A stretch of 64,000 nucleotides of DNA. Origin: Eledone cirrhosa. Lineage: Eukaryota. The first letter of the stretch is position 1, and each line of letters starts with the position of its first letter. Shown here one piece after another: positions 1 to 14,361 of the stretch. The notes under the pieces are model-generated. The model was not told the DNA's origin. It saw nothing but the letters and a program-made list of their open reading frames with translations, and ran no database searches. Position numbers and translations under genes: made by a program. The stretch lies in NCBI GenBank assembly GCA_964016885.1, contig OZ024745.1:37510001-37574000 (forward strand). Reading direction: 5' to 3'.

Positions 1-231
1 AGACAACAGTCTTACTCACAAATCATTGCTATTGTTAATATCACATCCTCTAGTATTCAAACTTCTCAAACTACATTCCTCGCTCACTCAAGCCATTACA
101 AAGTTATCACTGAAACCTCGTACTGTATCTCGCAGAGGATTGTACTGAATTACCTTTCCAAACCTCGCTAATATCACCTCCTACGTATATTCATTCCACT
201 ATCAATTCACCTCTCAATTCATTGACATTAT

Positions 232-970
232 GGACGCTGTACGCCGAACGAGCAAGAAGTTCGCTCCACAGTTACGAGATTCTGCGTTCGATCCCACTGC
301 ATAGTTTCTTTGGAGTCATTTACAATAGCCTTAAGCCAATTCAAGCTGTGTTGTGAAATTGGCGAGACAGAGAATTGTGGAAGCCCGTAGCATGGTCTAT
401 ACCTACCTGTAATTCAAAGGGTCAACCTTTTCATACGTTGCATCACGTTAAACCTTTCCATGAATTCCGTTAAGATTACGCATGTCTGCAATGCTCACCT
501 GCTGACACGTTGATTAGAGCGCAGGACAAAATATCTTGCAATATATCTTTGCAGATCTCTGCGTTCTGAGTAATGTGTTGATTATTTGAGTGGTAGATTT
601 AATCTGTCTGCTTGTTTAACTCCACTTCCTAATCTTCTGCTTTATGCATTCGGATCAAAGGTGTTGGGCTTGCAATCGGAAGGTCGTTAAGATTGATTCT
701 CGGACCGTGTGGTGCGTTGTATCCTTGATCAATATACCGTATTTTACATTGCTCCAGCTCACTCAGAAAAAATGATTTCCTGCTATATTTGTTGTGTCAA
801 GCCATCTCGGACCTCGGCTTTCTTATAGATAACCCCGATAGCGAGGAGAGTGGAGGCTCTTATGCATGAGTGACTGCTGATATTTAACAAAACACCATGC
901 TTTGTCTTGCACCACGGAGAGGAACTTTCTAGGTGCAGAGTCATGGATAGTCATGACCGGAGGTAGCCTT
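232..970 (+). mobile_element. Old tRNA-head/CORE-like SINE fragments
   Basis: B-box-like gttcgatccc, and a shared domain acctgtaattcaaagggtcaacc...gttaag..tac.catgtctg that recurs at 5.2, 32.6, 33.2, 39.3, 40.1, 49.9, 51.6 and 52.1 kb. A second head at ~640-765 has the CORE-like ccttga.caa..ac motif. Confidence 0.55.
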
Positions 971-3391
971 AAAACAAATAGTGATATAGCAGGTTATAAA
1001 TATTTTTGACATAAATTTGTAATAATTTGTAATAATTATTGTCACGGGGTATGATGACTGATTAAATTGAAAGAATGAAACAGCGGTCATAGTAATGGCT
1101 ACGAGAACGCCGAGGTCCAGGAATTTCCAAATTCTTTGCGATTATGACACATTTTGGCAAATCAATTATCCCTCACGATCCTCTTTTAATATTTAAATAG
1201 AAAAAAATCGCCGCTTTGAAGCTTTTCATGTACAAACAATGATTATTGACAATTCTCCCTTGCATGTGTAATTCTAAATCTTTTATGCAGTAAGTTTACA
1301 TTCTGTGTCAAATGCAATGCGCTTGCATGGTTAAAAGCCTTAAAACACTCATAAAATGTTAATATTAGCCATTATAAATACATATTAGGCTCATATATTA
1401 TCAAACACTTGGAATTAGCACCTGTGCCACAAAGATGTGTGCAATTCTAAAATTCCTTTAAAATAAACCCTAATAGGAAATATACACAATTTTTATTTTC
1501 ATTAATTTTTTACATGTAAGCTTTGTCTCGTGTAATTTATTTTCTCATAATATATTCATAATCATTTTATATTTAGTCAAATATTTCAAAGTAAAATATT
1601 TTGTCTTTTCTTCCTTGTCATTACTGCGACGACCTATAAAATCACCCTTGACTTTGTTTATATGTGAAAGCAGTACCAGAAGCGCCCTATATTATTTTAG
1701 TTTGACAATGTAATAATAAACAGGTAAACCTTAACGACAGTAAGTGGAGGAAGTATGACAGGTGAAGACGACTTAACTAGATAATTTGGGAGTCACATTA
1801 AATCCCTGAGTAATTAGTGTCAACAAATCTTTTGTAGTAAGGTAATTACATTTTATATACATTCTTACAAGCTTAGATAACCTCGTTTTTAAGGATTTCT
1901 TGCGTGAATGTGCGTGAGTGAATTAAGTATTGCTGTCGATTCATCACATCGTTTAAATATTTTCCACCACAAAAATAAGGTTTTGTATCTTCATAAAAAT
2001 ATGTTAAAATCGAAAGTGATTGACTCAATTCAATCAGATTTTAAAGTTTTAAAAGTCAATTTTAGTGTTAGTTTTTGCTTGTTTTTTGTTTTGCTTTTCA
2101 AAGTAAGTTAAGTAAAATGCTGCTAAGGAGCATGGATTAGTAGTTAATTTGTTGGACTCACAATAATAAAGTCGTCGGATAGTTTCCTGGACCGGGCGTC
2201 CCTTTGTCTTCTTAAGCAAAATGCTTAATTTCACGTTGCTTTTCTTACAGGACTGGGGTTCTTATGATTAAATACTCAAGATTCCTATGAGATAGTAATA
2301 TGAGGCTAGCTAAATATGCATAAATGTGAACTGTAGATTTCCATTTCATTTCATTTCAACTAAGAGTCATTTAAATTGACTTCATTATTTGTTGTCTGGG
2401 TAGAAAAGTTGAGACAGAAATAAGGAATAGACAGTTGGGAAAGCATTCATAAACTTGAAGAATCAACAGAGAACATTTGTAAGAATATTTTGTGGTGTTC
2501 CTTCTACACAAAGCAAATAAAAAAAAACAACAACAAATGAAGTACAAATATCTTTAATGAGAATATTATGCTGAAAACGTTTGTGGAAAATGTTCTAGGA
2601 CAGAATATTGAATGCTAGAAAGAAGAAAAGAAAATTGAATGAAAGAAGGTCGAAAGAAGCAAATCTGACTTGTTAAAGCTTTGCGAACATTTCGACAGAT
2701 GTGATCCTAACAACTTAAAATTATTAGAGAAGAAAATAGCTTTAATGGAAAAAGAAAAAAAAACGAAACAAAACCAGAACAGCAGTTTTCAACCCCTCGT
2801 CCGTAATATAGACCGGTTTGACAACATCTGCCTAGTGCCATCTTAACGCCATTTTGTTATCTGTCTACTGTACAATGGCTGCTCTATAACAACTGTTTAT
2901 GAAAACTTTTGATCTCAATGTATGTCATGTCTATAATTGATGCCTTCCTTTAGAAAGTCAACACCATTTCCCACCATATGAAAATCATTATCCCCGTCTG
3001 TAGCTGTATATTTTTTCCATTTTTTTTTTCTTTCCTTACTTCTAGTTTTTCTCCCTTTTTAAAAATTCTCTCTAGACATAATTCGCAGTAAACAGCTTGG
3101 TAACTGGCTTTTGATCTGAGAGTGAAAGCTGCTGGATTTCCTTAAACTGAATGCATCATATATGGATTATATTAAACAAGTTAAAATGATAACGTTGCAA
3201 TTACATTTCCGTAAGAAATTGGGAAATTAGCAAATTTGATTTATTGCATATCATGTTATTGCAATGCGAAAAAAAAAAAAAAATGATTCATTATGTTTGC
3301 TTGCATTGATGTAGCCGCTAATGTTAGCGTAGGTATGAACTCTCTACTGATGTTACTACTGCTGCTACTGCTGCTGCTGCTAATAACAATC

Positions 3392-3590
3392 ATGGTTTCT
3401 AATTTAGGCACAAGGCCAACAATTTTAGGGGAGGGGAAAGTCGATTAAATTGACCCAAGTGTATGACTGGTACTTTATTTTATTGTGAAAAGTAAAGCTA
3501 ACCTCGGCGGGAATTGAACTTAGAACGTAAAGGGCCGTAACCCTGTGCTGCAAAGCATATTGTCCGACGTTCTACTAATACTGCTAATAA
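3392..3590 (-). mobile_element. OK-type SINE
   Basis: Reverse complement of the 7504-7725 copy, diverged. Confidence 0.7.
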
Positions 3591-4480
3591 TAATAATCGT
3601 ATTAGAACGTCACATATTTGATGAAAAGGAACAGACAAGTATATTGAAACAGTATTTGTCTGGCTCTGCTTTTATCGACCCAGGAAGTGTGAATGGCTAA
3701 ATAGAATCCCGATGGAGATTGAACCCAATATGTTTAAGGACTTAATTATATACCAAGAGTATTTTAGATAAACGTTCTTAGATTTATTCCATCGCCTCTT
3801 TTATCACCACTATCTGGAGATTGGGTTCCTTTAACATAGTCTACGCTGATGCAAGCATTCTAAGTTTCTCCTTTTTAGGATACCTTCCTCACCCCCTTCA
3901 CTCCTATTGGTCTTAGGGGGCCTGGAAAGGGTCATCAGCACTACCCTTCCTCCTTCCCTCTTCCCCAGTCAATGAGGGCCTGGGAAGGGTCATGGGCACT
4001 GCCATTCCCTCCTTAAATAAACAGCAAAAAAATATGTCCTTATGTTCATATTACTATTCCTCCGCTCCTTGTTTCTTGTAAACTTGGTATATTCATTCCA
4101 GCTTTCTTTTGAAGTGATGATGTAGCCTGTCAATTACACATCTGTTGTACATCTCTTCCCCCTACAGCCATTCTCTCCCTCGCTCTCCCGCTCTCTCTCT
4201 TTCTCTTTCCATTCCTCTCTCGTTATATCTACATCTCTATCTTTCCCATTCTCTCAATCATTACTTATATTTCCTCTATTCCCTCACTCCACGTTCTCTA
4301 TTTCCTTTCCTCCCACATCTAATCGAATTCTTTAGAAGATATCGATAAATAGGTTCTTTGTTATATTTTGCCTAGGGTACTTTAAAACACACATACACAA
4401 CAACCCACATGCACATATCCGTGAATACATACATAAGCATATACACATACATGCATACACAAACATGCATACATGCATAC

Positions 4481-4798
<318 letters not shown>

Positions 4799-5874
4799 CG
4801 TAAGCGTGTGTGCAATATATTTTTGTGTACGCGTATAACGTCACGTTGCTCGTCATGTTTTCACATAAAATGCTATATAAATCTAATTCTATTTTCTCCA
4901 TCTATGCGACCAAACCTTTCTTTATAATAACGGCATTGAACACAGGTTTTGGTTGACAGAATCTTTGGCCTTATTCCTTTGTTTCCAACCTGGAAACTCT
5001 TATACTATCTCTTTGAAGTAGTTAGTCAACGTTCGACCATTAAAATAACATTTGTTTCTAAGTGTAACTCACTATAGCAATGCCACCTGATATTTTACAT
5101 ATCGCTTCTGAATTGCTGGGTGGCCTGGGTCTCTGGAAAGGAACCTAAGCAATAGTAATCGAGGGTGATAATCCCAATCTTCAAAAAGGGAGACAAGAGA
5201 GATTTCCCCATAGACACGAGTACCCTTAACGTAGTTCTTAGGGAGATTCGGCGTAACACAGTTTTACAAGTACACTCCATTTAACAGGCTTCCAAATCAA
5301 GGAGTTTCTGTCTACCCAATTTCATTCGCAAGGCATTGGTCGATCCGAGGTTATGGTATGGCACTTGTCAAAAATGTCACACAGTGGGATCCAAACCGGA
5401 CCTAATGATTGTGAAACGGACTCCTTAACCATTCGGTCATGGTGTGTCACATGAGATGCATTAGATGAGATGTTTGAGCTAACAATGAGCCAGTCTTTTC
5501 ATACCACTGTAGATAATCGACTATATACCTTTTATATAACTGCCATTGATGTTTACAGTCTAAATGAAAGTTTACTCTTTTATGTTAACATTATGTGGCA
5601 TTCGTTCCGGTTCACTGCGCTCACAGTTCAAATCCTACCGAAGTCAACTTAGGCTTTCATCCTTTTGAGCTCGATAAATAACATTCTTCTCTATTATCAT
5701 GGTCGATTCTTCCGCTATCTCCCTTCCCCCTGTCTCTCTCACTCTCAGTGGTTTAGGGTCCTCACTCGTGACAGATAATTCCCTATAAGTCACAGTTGTA
5801 AAACTTTATATACTTTTTGATCTTACATTATGTATTGTCAAGAAGAAACTTTTCCCGTCAAACACACACCCACA

Positions 5875-6019
<145 letters not shown>

Positions 6020-6684
6020 CTATTTACAACACTTCAACTCTCTTTACATTTCAGCTTGTATAAATTGAAAGCTTCATGTAGTTAATTCTGTAATGTACAG
6101 AGTATTAGGTATCTATATACATTAAATGTTCGTGCTGGGAGTGGGCCCATAGCTTTCAACAAATATGTCTTCCGTAAAAAAATATCCGCAAAAATGGCGC
6201 CTTATATATTGCATGTGATTCTAGGGCAATTTTATACCTGGAGGAGCCCATCTTTCTCCAGGTCTGACTACATCGGATTTCCTCTAGAGAAGGGTAGTGA
6301 GGGTGAGAGAATGGAAATGAGAAAGACATATAGAGGAAGAACCGACCTCACTACTTGATTAGACTTTTTTTATCGGTCTCGAAAAGATGAAGGGCAATAT
6401 TGTTTTCGAAATTAACTGATGTTGTATTGCTAGGTGGCAACACAAGTTAAATATATAATGGATGTCCTCTACTCATTTGATGAAAGAATAAAATCATTTT
6501 GAATCAAAGTAGACTCCTCAGATTTAGCGGGGAGACAACGATACATGGGCCACATACATATAAAACATGAAATATCTACCTCAAACAGTCATATCTCAAC
6601 TCTTACAAGTTTGCAAAAATTGAACGTAAAGATGATGATGATGATGACGATAATTATTTAAAGCTTATAATTTTGTTTTACAGA

Positions 6685-6843
6685 ATGATGATTGTCACAA
6701 CATCCCAACAGAACTCTTGCTCTAATATGCAGAAGTTGGCACGAAGACGCGTGCGGTTACATCTCCGTAGACTCAGACATCGTGAATATTCTAAACTGCG
6801 TACACTTGTACCATCAGTTGCTAACAACAACAAAGTTTCCAAA
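6685..6843 (+). CDS. HLH protein, coding exon 1 (MMIVTTSQQNSCSNMQKLARRRVRLHLRRLRHREYSKLRTLVPSVANNNKVSK): basic region, helix 1, loop
   Basis: Acceptor ttttgttttacag ends at 6683, ATG at 6685, donor AAA|gtaagt at 6844 (phase 0). YSKLRTLVPS...KVSK matches the ID/emc-type helix 1-loop pattern (YSKLKELVP...KVSK). An upstream exon must exist and could extend the N-terminus. Confidence 0.88.
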
Positions 6844-6907
6844 GTAAGTACAACATATGACTACATTCTACTAATTATTTCCCCACACACTCTTTCTCTC
6901 TCTCCCT

Positions 6908-7010
6908 TTCTCTCCCTACCCGACTATCTATAAACTTCTCTATTTCGTTTCTTCCTATCTCTCCCTACCCGTCTATCTATAAACTTCTCTATTTCGTTTC
7001 TTCCTATCTC
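6908..7010 (+). repeat. ~50-bp tandem duplication in intron 1
   Basis: tctccctacccg.ctatctataaacttctctatttcgtttcttcctatctc occurs twice. Confidence 0.85.
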
Positions 7011-7316
7011 CCCCTCTCTCCTTCTATCCTTCTATATCTCTCTCATTCTTCTTTCCTCTACAGCTCTCTCCCTTTCTCGTTCTCCCTTCTCTCATTTTAC
7101 TTGTCTTTCCATATAAATAAATTTCTTCTTTTGTTCTTTTTTTCGTCTTCAATTATTATATAACTCTACCAATATCTTAACTATTGGATTCATCTTCTAA
7201 TATTAATTAACCTATGAATTAGTTGAATTATAAATTCTACCCCTATTATTATTTATACCATGATATATTCTAATTTTATATTTCAAGTCCAACACTTATT
7301 TCTACGTTTACTACCT

Positions 7317-7725
7317 GATAGGGTCTGACGCCATGCTTTGCAGCAAAGAGTTACGGCCCTTGCCATTCTGAGTCCAAATCCCGCCAAGGTCAACTTTGCC
7401 TTTCATCCTTACGGGGTCGATAAAATAAAGTACCAGTAATACACTGGGATAATTGCTGGCCTTGTGCCAAAAGTAGAAACAATTATTATTACCACCATAC
7501 CAAGGCGGTGGATTGGCAGTATCGGTAGAAGGTCGGATGCCATGCTTTGCAGCATAGAGTTACCTCCCTTTATGGTCTGAGTTTAAACCCCCGCCGAGGT
7601 TAACTCTGCCTTTCATCCTTATGGGGTCGATAAAATAAAGTACCAGTCACGCAATGGGGTCGATTTAATCGACTTTCCCCTCCCTCAAAATGCTGACCTT
7701 GTGCCTATGAAACAAACCATTATTA
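7317..7725 (+). mobile_element. Two tandem OK-type tRNA-derived SINEs (short and long variant)
   Basis: A-box-like ggattggcagtatcgg, B-box-like gagtttaaaccc, body gccgaggttaactttgcctttcatccttacggggtcgataaaataaagtaccag, (ATT)n tail. More than 25 related copies in the window. Confidence 0.8.
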
Positions 7726-8110
7726 CCACCATACCAGTTTCTAGTATCTGATGAAAAGACATAAATCCCACATGCTGTTTCCTGGTGTAATAGAAAGTAA
7801 TATTTATATTCATCCTAATGTTTTGTCTGTTGCATTTCCTTCGGCTCCAAGTACAAGTGATCCAATTCTTAGATGAAGGGAATAGGATGAACGTCCAAGT
7901 GGCTGAACATTCCACAAAATAATTGTCAAAGAGATTCAGCATGACACAGTGTGCTAAGGATAAGCACTTTGAATTAGAGATAAAACGGTTTTTTGTTGAT
8001 TTTTCTAGCTGGGGGAATTGGAGCAACTTCAAATATTTATCCTTGTATTCATTATTTTATACCAAATATAACACCTATTGATGAATGCTGTATTTCTATC
8101 TTTGTTTTAG

Positions 8111-8189
8111 GTTACAGTGATAGAAGAAGCCATTAAGTATATTGATTCACTGCACAAGGCTTTGGTTGAGCGTCTGCAAAATGTTCGAC
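8111..8189 (+). CDS. HLH protein, coding exon 2 (VTVIEEAIKYIDSLHKALVERLQNVR): helix 2
   Basis: Acceptor tttgttttag at 8101-8110, donor C|gtaagt at 8190. In frame with exon 1, it gives K-V-T-V-I-E-E-A-I-K-Y-I-D-S-L, a canonical bHLH helix 2 (KxxILxxAIxYIxxL). Confidence 0.9.
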
Positions 8190-8309
8190 GTAAGTATTCT
8201 CGTAAAAGTCATTTTGAAGCTACAGTACATATTCATTCTTTTGTTTTAAGCTGATAATGATTCTCTTCATGCTGTTCTGAATTACTCGAAATTGCGACAG
8301 TGTATCAGC

Positions 8310-8347
<38 letters not shown>

Positions 8348-8381
8348 TGAGAGAGAGAGAGCGCAAATATTAACAAGCATT

Positions 8382-8437
8382 TGATTTACGACCTTTTCGA
8401 TAGACTAGGATAGATTAGGATAACTCCTTAGAATCGA
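8382..8437 (-). ncRNA. Decayed hammerhead-like motif
   Basis: Minus strand reads GATT-CTAAGGA-gttatccta...tagtctatc-GAAA-aggtc-GTA-AATC. Helix I GATT/AATC, core G5A, adjacent to (TA)n at 8315-8340. Confidence 0.4.
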
Positions 8438-8980
8438 TCAAATACAAATAAATAACTACTTTACATGTTCAAGAATTTCAGTGAAATCTTGTATATATTT
8501 AATATATATTTAAATGAAACACTTCCAGACTTGTAGAAGTTATTTCGCTATAAATAACAAAAGAAAACATATGTATATATATATATACATACATATGACA
8601 GAAGAAAACTTTCTATGGAAACAATTGTAAGGAATACACGATGTAAGATCTTCTTTCTGTTATCTTTATATGTCATATCATTAGCTGTCTCCGCTTGCGG
8701 CAGATTCCGCACTAACATGACTTAGTCCTTTTACCTTGACTCATACCCTCCATACATGTTTTAGAAAGACACTTTTGTTAACGTTTTAAGTGACCAAAGA
8801 TCTTCAGGGATTAGGCTTTGATGATATTTATTATAGGAACTAATTTAGGAGCTTCTATGGTTGAGTAGTTTGTTGTGTGTCATGAATCTTTTAGACATAT
8901 AGGACATATAGATGGTACATTTGATATAAAGTGAGATCGTTTTGACATTAAAAATTCCTTATTTAAAAATAGTTTAAAGC

Positions 8981-9057
8981 TTGTGTGTATATATGTGTGT
9001 ATATTTATATATATGTATATATATGTGTGTATGTATATATATATGTATATATATATG

Positions 9058-9090
<33 letters not shown>

Positions 9091-9091
9091 G

Positions 9092-9122
<31 letters not shown>

Positions 9123-9156
9123 GTGTGTATATATATATACTATATATATGTATATA

Positions 9157-9209
<53 letters not shown>

Positions 9210-9218
9210 TTATATATG

Positions 9219-9299
<81 letters not shown>

Positions 9300-9302
9300 T
9301 TA

Positions 9303-9352
<50 letters not shown>

Positions 9353-9923
9353 AATATATATGTATGTATATATATATGTATCTATACATATTTATATATG
9401 TATATATATATATATATACATAAATATATATGTATGTATATATATATGTATCTATACATATTTATATATGTATATATATATATATATATACATAAATATA
9501 TATGTATGTATATATATATGTATCTATACATATTTATATATGTATATATATATATATATAAATATATATGTATGTATATATATATGTATATATACATATT
9601 TATATATGTATGTATATATATATGTATATATACATATTTATATATGTATATATATATATATATATATAAATATATATGTATGTATATATATATGTATACA
9701 TAAATATATATGTATGTATATATATATATATATATATATATACATACATATATATGTATATATATGTATGTATATATATATATATATATATATACATACA
9801 TATATATGTATATATATATATATACATACATATATATGTATATATATGTATGTATATATATATATATATATATACATACATATATATGTATATATATATA
9901 TATACATACATATATATATATAT

Positions 9924-9965
<42 letters not shown>

Positions 9966-9966
9966 T

Positions 9967-10000
<34 letters not shown>

Positions 10001-10058
10001 CATACATATATATATATATATATACATACATATATATATATATATATATACATACATA

Positions 10059-10114
<56 letters not shown>

Positions 10115-10550
10115 CATATATATGTATATATATATATATACATATATATGTATATATATATATATACATATATATGTATATATATATATACATATATATG
10201 TATATATATATACATACATATATATGTATATATATATACATACATATATATGTATATATATATATACATACATATATATGTATATATATATATACATACA
10301 TATATATGTATATATATATATATACATACATATGTATGTATATATATATATACATACATATGTATGTATATATATATATATATACATACATATATATGTA
10401 TATATACATACATATATATGTATATATGTATATATACATACATATATATGTATATATGTATATATACATACATATATATGTATATATATATATATATACA
10501 TACATATATATGTGTATATATATATATATATATATACATACATATATATG

Positions 10551-10614
<64 letters not shown>

Positions 10615-10738
10615 CATATATATGTGTATATATATATATATATATATACATACATATATATGTGTATATATATATATATATATATACATACATATATATG
10701 TGTATATATATATATATATATATACATACATATATATG

Positions 10739-10819
<81 letters not shown>

Positions 10820-10850
10820 CCATGTATATCTATATATTATGTATATAGTA
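8981..10850. repeat. ~1.9-kb interrupted (TA)n array with higher-order units
   Basis: Recurring tatacatatttatatatg, tacataaatatatatgtatg and tacatacatatatatg units. Confidence 0.95.
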
Positions 10851-10852
10851 AT

Positions 10853-11052
10853 TAATTGTTTCTACCTTTGGCACAAGGCCAACAAAGACCCAGTACATTA
10901 CTGGTACTTTATTTTATCGACCCCGTAAGGATGAAAGGCAAAGTAATTAATTGTTTCTACTTTAGGCACAAGGCCAGCAATTACCCAGTGCATTACTGGT
11001 ACTTTATTTTATCGACCCCGTAAGGATGAAAGGCAAAGTCAACCTCGGCGGG
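10853..11052 (-). mobile_element. Two 5'-truncated OK-type SINE tails in tandem
   Basis: aattgtttctac...ggcacaaggcca...ctggtactttattttatcgaccccgtaaggatgaaaggcaaag occurs twice. Confidence 0.75.
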
Positions 11053-12494
11053 CAAAGTAATTAATAATATACAAATACATACGTACATACATAATATAGA
11101 TACACCCAAAGCGATGTATTCAACAGAAAACAATACAATAAAAAATCGAATTTGATCAATAATAAAACAAATTGACACAAACCCCTCATCAGCCACGTAC
11201 ATCCACTGGCCACCCATGCAAGAAGGTGTCAATTGGCTTGCTGGTTTGACTGGATGGTTAGATAATATAGCAGATTATTTCCAGTGATTCAGTGTTCGCG
11301 GTATCAGGTTACCATAGAAATAATGTTATGCTAGAGTTGAATTGACGGGTAGAAGGTCAAATCTGAACAATGCACCCATTGTTTCACACTTATTGTTTCA
11401 CCTATTCGTTCACCTATTGTTAAACCTATCGTCCCAGTTCCTTGTTTTTTTTTATTTTATTTTATTTTTCATTTTTGTATGTCTGTCTGTTTTCGATTTT
11501 TGTTTTGTTTTGTAGGTTTTATTTTATTTTATCTTATTTTGTTTTAATTTTGCTTCGCTTGTGCAAAATATTTTTGTAAAACTAGAAATCAGATCGAGGT
11601 ATTTTGAGTCAATTTGATAGTGCGGGTGGTGTCGACGGTGGTAGTAAGGGCGGTAGTGGTGGTATTAATGCTGGAGGTGGAGTGGGAGTGGGAAAAACGG
11701 TGGTGGTGTTGATGTGGGGAGTGGGGAGAAAGTTGTTGTTGGTGGTGGTGTTAATGGCGGTGGTATCGATAATGTTTGGTAGACGAAGATGATGAAGGAA
11801 CAAGTAGGTAGGGGAGGGGCAAGGAAATAGGAAAAGGAGTTAGTGTTGGGCATTAAAAGAAATAAATAAAAAGAAAATGTTTTTCCAACTATGAAAAAGT
11901 AATAAAAAACAATGTACGAAAAATTGGAAATAATGTTAATTCAAGAGAGGTGGGTATTGATAATGAAAACAATAATTAAAGAAGCAATAATATGATTAAA
12001 CAGAATAGGGTAATTTTATTTATTTATTTATTTGAGAGGGGGGAGGTAACTCGAATAAATAATTAGAAATTATAGTTTTTAAGGCTTTTCCACTTTACTC
12101 TGTTGCCTAGTATTGTTCTCTGATCAGGTGTTTTTTTTCGTGAGTGGGGTTTAAGCTGGCTGTCTTCCCCTTCCTCTATCACTGCTGTGGAAGTAAGGAC
12201 TCGTTGTCTTTGATGTATTCGTAAAAGAGGAGGGTTGTACCCACCCACCTCACAACCCACTCATGGGTGACGAATGAGGATGGGTGGATAGGGATACGTG
12301 AGTGGGGAAAACTAGCTGGGTAGGTAAGCATTAAGTGGTTGCGGATGTACAGGCAAATCAATTTCTGGACAAACACTTCCATATTTCAACATCACCACCA
12401 CCCTCCTCCTCCTCCGCACTTTCCCTCATTTTCCACTCTCTTTTTATTCTATTTTGTTTTTATATAATACTAGCTGCCCACCCCCTACACGCAC

Positions 12495-12694
12495 NNNNNN
12501 NNNNNNNNNNNNNNNNNNNNNNNNNNNNNNNNNNNNNNNNNNNNNNNNNNNNNNNNNNNNNNNNNNNNNNNNNNNNNNNNNNNNNNNNNNNNNNNNNNNN
12601 NNNNNNNNNNNNNNNNNNNNNNNNNNNNNNNNNNNNNNNNNNNNNNNNNNNNNNNNNNNNNNNNNNNNNNNNNNNNNNNNNNNNNNNNNNNNNN
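12495..12694. other. Assembly gap (200 N)
   Basis: N run. ccaccccctacacgcac is repeated on both sides, suggesting overlapping contig ends. Confidence 0.99.
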
Positions 12695-12716
12695 CCACCC
12701 CCTACACGCACGCACG

Positions 12717-12837
<121 letters not shown>

Positions 12838-13107
12838 GTGTGTGTGTGTAGGCGAATTAGTGGAGTCATTAGAACGTCGGAGAGAGAATGCTTTGTGGGA
12901 CTCATTTCGCCTATCTGACTTCAAATTCCACCGAGTTCAGCTTTGTCTTTCATTCATGGTCGATATAGTTGTTATATAGTAAGGTGTATTATAGGTTGTG
13001 TCATACGGTCCAATAATTTTTTGTTAGCAATATTAAGTTCTCCACGCTTTTGTAAATCTCCAATGCCATTTATGGGAACAGCTAGATGATGTAAAACGGA
13101 GTTTTTG

Positions 13108-13427
13108 TATCAAAATAAAGATCCGAAGACATGGTATAAATTTCCAATCATTTTAATCACGACACATGTTTCAATAAGAGATAGATCGATCGTGTAGCCA
13201 TGATCGATTATCACTGATCACGTCAGGTGAAAATGAATTGTCTTCAAATCCTTGATATGAGGGAGAAAATTAATGATGTTCACTCACAGAGTTTAGTCCC
13301 TCATATGAGGGACTAAACTCTGTGAGTGACATCGTTAATTGGCTACACGATCGATCTATCTCTGATTGAAACATGTGTCGTGAGTAAAATGATTGGAAAT
13401 TTATACCATGCCTTCGGATCTTTATTT

Positions 13428-13432
<5 letters not shown>
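13108..13432. mobile_element. Fold-back Penelope-like 3' end remnant next to (TA)n
   Basis: Inverted arms ~13108-13200 / 13340-13432, an internal perfect palindrome with 25-bp arms (13280-13329), and a decayed hammerhead. Confidence 0.6.
13157..13230 (-). ncRNA. Decayed type I hammerhead with long helix II (A9U)
   Basis: Minus strand reads TCAC-CTGACGT-GATCAGTGATAATCGATC-loop-GATCGATCTATCTCTTATT-GAAA-CATGTG-TC-GTGA. Helices I, II and III all pair, the triplet is GUC, and there is one core substitution. Confidence 0.68.
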
Positions 13433-13502
<70 letters not shown>

Positions 13503-13926
13503 TAACAGATTAAATTTTAAGCAAAGAATCGCTGCTTTCACCCTTAACGGGATCTTCTGAAACTAACAAAGTCAATCTGTGAACGCAGAAGTGAAAATTT
13601 CTAAAAACGTAGCAAATGATATATATGTATATATATATGTATATATATATGTATATATATATGTATATATATATATATACATATATATCATTTTGTGTAT
13701 AGAGTCTGCCTTCAGATAACTCGGCTTATATTGCCACGATACAACTACGACTTCACTGTAAATCACACACACACGCACATATATATAATGATTTTTACGA
13801 CCTCTTTTCCACGTTTACATGGATTGGACGACCATTTTCAGCACTATATCGCTTAATTCTTCTCCTTCCTTCGTCATCTCCGAGAGTTTCAAACATTTGG
13901 GTTCAACTCTCATTGAAACACACACA

Positions 13927-13983
<57 letters not shown>

Positions 13984-14361
13984 GTATGTATGTATGTGTG
14001 TGTGTAGGAATTGTCTAATCCTGAATCATGATGAAATATGCATGAAATGAGAATATGTATATTTCCCGCTTATTTTGTGATAATACAAGCACAGCTAATT
14101 ACTGTGAGCAAGTGACACTTGATCAATTATCTCTTAATCTCTCTATTTCTTTAATATCACGTGATAGCCATCGTTTGTTGTGAACCAGCTTATGTATCAT
14201 CTACCACACACCTCTACACAGAATCTGATAATGTTTTCGCATCTCGCACCTGTCCTCCCTCTACAAGACCATGCTAACTGTAACTACCTGCACGGATTAA
14301 ATAATTCATTAATCTATTTCAAACAATTTTTAAACTAATCAAGAATTTGAAGGGATTTAGT

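Noticed and set aside
1800-2260. Possible upstream exon or promoter of the HLH gene (donor-like aa|gtaagt ~2103, acceptor-like ttacag ~2250)
   Set aside because: Splice-like words alone are not enough, and they cannot be assigned without transcript data.
6844-6933. Read-through C-terminus of the 6673-6933 ORF
   Set aside because: It is intron sequence after a consensus donor. The HLH continues at 8111.
8974-10928. Long ORFs up to 522 aa (YIYI.../CVCV.../THTH...) here and throughout the track
   Set aside because: They are translations of (TA)n/(CA)n microsatellites, open in several frames on both strands, with no protein signal.
11604-11853. Gly/Val- or Pro/Thr-rich ORFs (also 15504-15809)
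   Set aside because: Low-complexity (GGT)n-type sequence with no splice or domain support.
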